Part shown: piece after piece, positions 61,659 through 64,000 of the stretch
How the letters are laid out: each line of letters opens with the position of its first letter
Numbering within the stretch: position 1 is the first letter of the stretch
Assembly: GCA_963665095.1 (NCBI GenBank)
Contig: OY762069.1
Coordinates: 2,720,001 to 2,784,000, forward strand
Direction of reading: 5' to 3'
DNA length: 64,000 nt
Source of the DNA: an uncultured Desulfobacter sp.
Lineage (GTDB): Bacteria; Desulfobacterota; Desulfobacteria; Desulfobacterales; Desulfobacteraceae
Position numbers and translations under genes: made by a program
The notes under the pieces: model-generated
The model's database searches: none
Told to the model about the DNA's origin: nothing
What the model saw: the letters and a program-made list of their open reading frames with translations, nothing else

Positions 61659-62261
61659 TTAGTCGGCGACCTTACCCCGAAGGTATTTGGTAATCCGCCT
61701 TTTAAGTTTGGGATCTGATAGAATCCGTTTTTCAAGGTTGGGATATCCGCCCCTGAACCATACCACCTGGTCCACGGCAAGCCCGTATTCCTTGACGCTT
61801 CTCAGTGCAGCGTTATAGCTTCTATGGCATTTAGGCCCCTGGCAGAAGAAAATAGCTGTGACAGCATTCATATCCGGGTCAACCGTTTTCATGGCCGCTA
61901 TAAGTTTCTCCTTTGAAATGGCATTGGGGGTATCCGCCTTGGGAATTGGCACTCCCTCAAGGTCGCATACAAGGTTTACGGCATTTTTCGTGGTGCCTAT
62001 TTCCAGAAAAGATCCAGGCCTTGTGTCCACCCATAGATATTTCGCCTTTTTATCTTTTAACGCAGGAATGGCCTCTTCAATATCCCAGATGGCGATCCCC
62101 GAGGGGAGTGTTTTCAGGCCGGCATCTAAAAATTTTACCGGAATTTTTCCCTTGGCAACCTCTTCACACTCTTTGCATTCAGGGGCCGCGAAAATTAAAC
62201 CGGCCCATAACAGCAACATCAGACCTGCTACCGGAAATGAAACATAATGCTTTTTTAACAT
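61659..62261 (-). CDS. Secreted rhodanese-like domain protein
   Basis: Signal peptide, WVDTR, FFCQGPKCHRSYNAA, WFRGGY. Confidence 0.75.
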   Translation of the reverse strand: MLKKHYVSFPVAGLMLLLWAGLIFAAPECKECEEVAKGKIPVKFLDAGLKTLPSGIAIWDIEEAIPALKDKKAKYLWVDTRPGSFLEIGTTKNAVNLVCDLEGVPIPKADTPNAISKEKLIAAMKTVDPDMNAVTAIFFCQGPKCHRSYNAALRSVKEYGLAVDQVVWFRGGYPNLEKRILSDPKLKRRITKYLRGKVAD

Positions 62262-62696
62262 GGAAACCTCCTCGTGAAATAAAAATATTATTATTCTCTG
62301 AACAGTTCACAGATAGGCACAAAACAGATGCGTATCGTGGGTGTAACCAGACGGCAATATTAAAAGTCAGTTACAAATTGAAATAAAAAAAATGTATAAT
62401 GCTTCCCCCCCCCAAAACGCCCATACAAGAATAATTGTAGAAAATGATAATGAGTATTGTCTATGATCAGAGGGGTGCCTAATTTAAATAAGTAATAATG
62501 AGGAACACTTTTTTTGTCAAGAAATTCATTGAATGCAGGCGGATTTATAGAACAAATTAAATATTTCCCGGGAGTGACTTTTTTGTGAAAGGGGGGCAAA
62601 GGATATGTGTGTTCAAAGATAACGAACTGTTCTTAAAGATCCTTTTTATTTCAGGATTTGAAAGAACAGTTCGTTTTTTATGGCGTATTGGTGAAG

Positions 62697-63230
62697 TTAA
62701 GCTGTCCGGCCAAATTGTTCAAAGCTTACCTGATGATGCAGCAGGGTGTCTGCGGTATGCCCCTTTTTTTGCTCGGCCGGGTAACCGATGCCGATGACAG
62801 CCTCTACTTCAATATGCTCGGGCAGGTTGAGGGCTTTTGAAATATAGTCGGAACAGGAACGGCCATCCTTGTGGGTGCGCAACCGCATCTGGGCCCAGCA
62901 GGAACCCAGCCCTAAATCCTGGGCCGCCAGATGAATGATAATTGCTGCAATGGCACTGTCTTCGACCCATATATCTGTCTTTGTGGTGTCAGCACACACA
63001 ACAATGGCCAGGGGGGCATTTTTCAGAAATCCCGCCCCATGGGGCTTGGCCTGGGAGAGCTGATCAATTTTGGCTTTGTCCTCCACCACGACAAAGTGCC
63101 AGGGGTTGATCCCTCTTCCGCTGGGAGATCTTAAGCCTGCTTCAATAAGAAGATCCCGTTGTTCACGGGATACGGGCCTGTCTTCAAATTTCCGGATGCT
63201 TCTTCTTTTCTGTAACAGATCTATAAACAT
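62697..63230 (-). CDS. Nitroreductase-family protein
   Basis: RRSIRKF, SPSG..PWHFVVV, LGLGSCW, IGIGYP. Confidence 0.94.
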   Translation of the reverse strand: MFIDLLQKRRSIRKFEDRPVSREQRDLLIEAGLRSPSGRGINPWHFVVVEDKAKIDQLSQAKPHGAGFLKNAPLAIVVCADTTKTDIWVEDSAIAAIIIHLAAQDLGLGSCWAQMRLRTHKDGRSCSDYISKALNLPEHIEVEAVIGIGYPAEQKKGHTADTLLHHQVSFEQFGRTA

Positions 63231-63556
63231 GCTTACCTCTTCTTTGTTTTTATCTTTGTTTATTTTTGGGTGGTTGTACCAAAGATCGGCTTTGCGTCAA
63301 TATAATCATTTTTTTGGAAAGGCCACCAGGGTTGACCAAAATTGACAGGCGCAGGTATAGTTGTATGAATCAAGATTAAAAAAACAGTCTGGAGTTGGTA
63401 TGAAGATATTTGAAAATCAATGTATTACAAGACGGGCTTTTTTGACAACAGATACAGATAAGAACTTGCTTTTTGACTCAAGAAGTATAGAAAAATATTG
63501 GAAGCTTGAAATATGCCCCGCCGGGCCACAGGCACAACATGTTGTGCCTGTGGCCC

Positions 63557-64000
63557 GGCGGGGGCATTCGCCGAAAAAAGGGATGTAGCAGGACAGAGGG
63601 AAAAGAACAGCCTGTATCAGAAATCTCCAAAGCAAATATGAAAATTCCAAAATTTAAGCTGATTTTAAGCGCACCTCACCTAAAACCCCGCGTACAGTGA
63701 AAATCAATTCCAATACTCAACCACCGGAATTTTGAGAGTCTGAAAAGTCATAAACCAACTCAGAAATGGGCTCAGAAATAACCGCCTGCGGTGGATCATG
63801 GTTGTGAATATCCCATAAGCCCAGGTGACGCAGAATTTTTTCCATAACATCGAGATTTTCCACAAAAGAAATCAGTTTCATTTGACCCTGACATTTTGGG
63901 CAAACCAAAGGATCAACTTCATGAATTCTTTGGATTAACCTGGCAAGCCAATCCAAAGCATTAAACACTTTTTGGAATTTTTTGTCTTTGGCGGTATAAA
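63557..64000 (-). mobile_element. IS91-like relic with an internal deletion, continues beyond the window
   Basis: Near-identical to 40345-40730; WLARL fused directly to IQRIHEVDPLVCPKC. Confidence 0.85.

Noticed and set aside
62445..62460. Fur-box-like TGATAATGAGTATTG upstream of the rhodanese gene
   Set aside because: Several mismatches in an AT-rich region; too weak to call

Overview
The 64 kb window has a gene content and IS repertoire that suggest a sulfate-reducing deltaproteobacterium (Desulfobacteraceae-like; inference). (1) 1-10 kb: a five-gene Opp/Dpp-type ABC importer transcribed divergently from a LysR-phnX-phnW 2-aminoethylphosphonate catabolic operon, plus a DUF123/GIY-YIG gene. 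(2) 10.2-27.7 kb: an intact, apparently sigma54-controlled cell-envelope cluster. It encodes a sensor kinase, an NtrC-type regulator, a 977-aa internally duplicated secreted protein with a CGHC motif, a YeiH-like membrane protein, a tetraheme cytochrome c fused to Ig-like domains, three arylsulfate sulfotransferase (ASST)-family paralogues, three secreted helix-hairpin-helix proteins with Cys- or Tyr-terminated tails, and a porin. This is the best candidate for an undescribed system (a periplasmic sulfuryl/sulfur relay). (3) 28-64 kb: a scrambled accessory region. It holds four IS91-like (HUH) transposase relics, a RIT element inserted in one of them, a three-gene Mu/Tn7-like transposon with a 5-bp target duplication that splits a gene, a four-ORF IS21 element, and a MarR redox operon. 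It also has a TonB receptor, a toxin-antitoxin/defence-type array delimited by a repeated 17-bp motif, MATE, MCP, rhodanese-like and nitroreductase genes. ERIC-like palindromic MITEs and two families of 19-24 nt micro-insertions are also visible. No rRNA, tRNA or CRISPR array was recognised. All calls are by eye; no searches were run.
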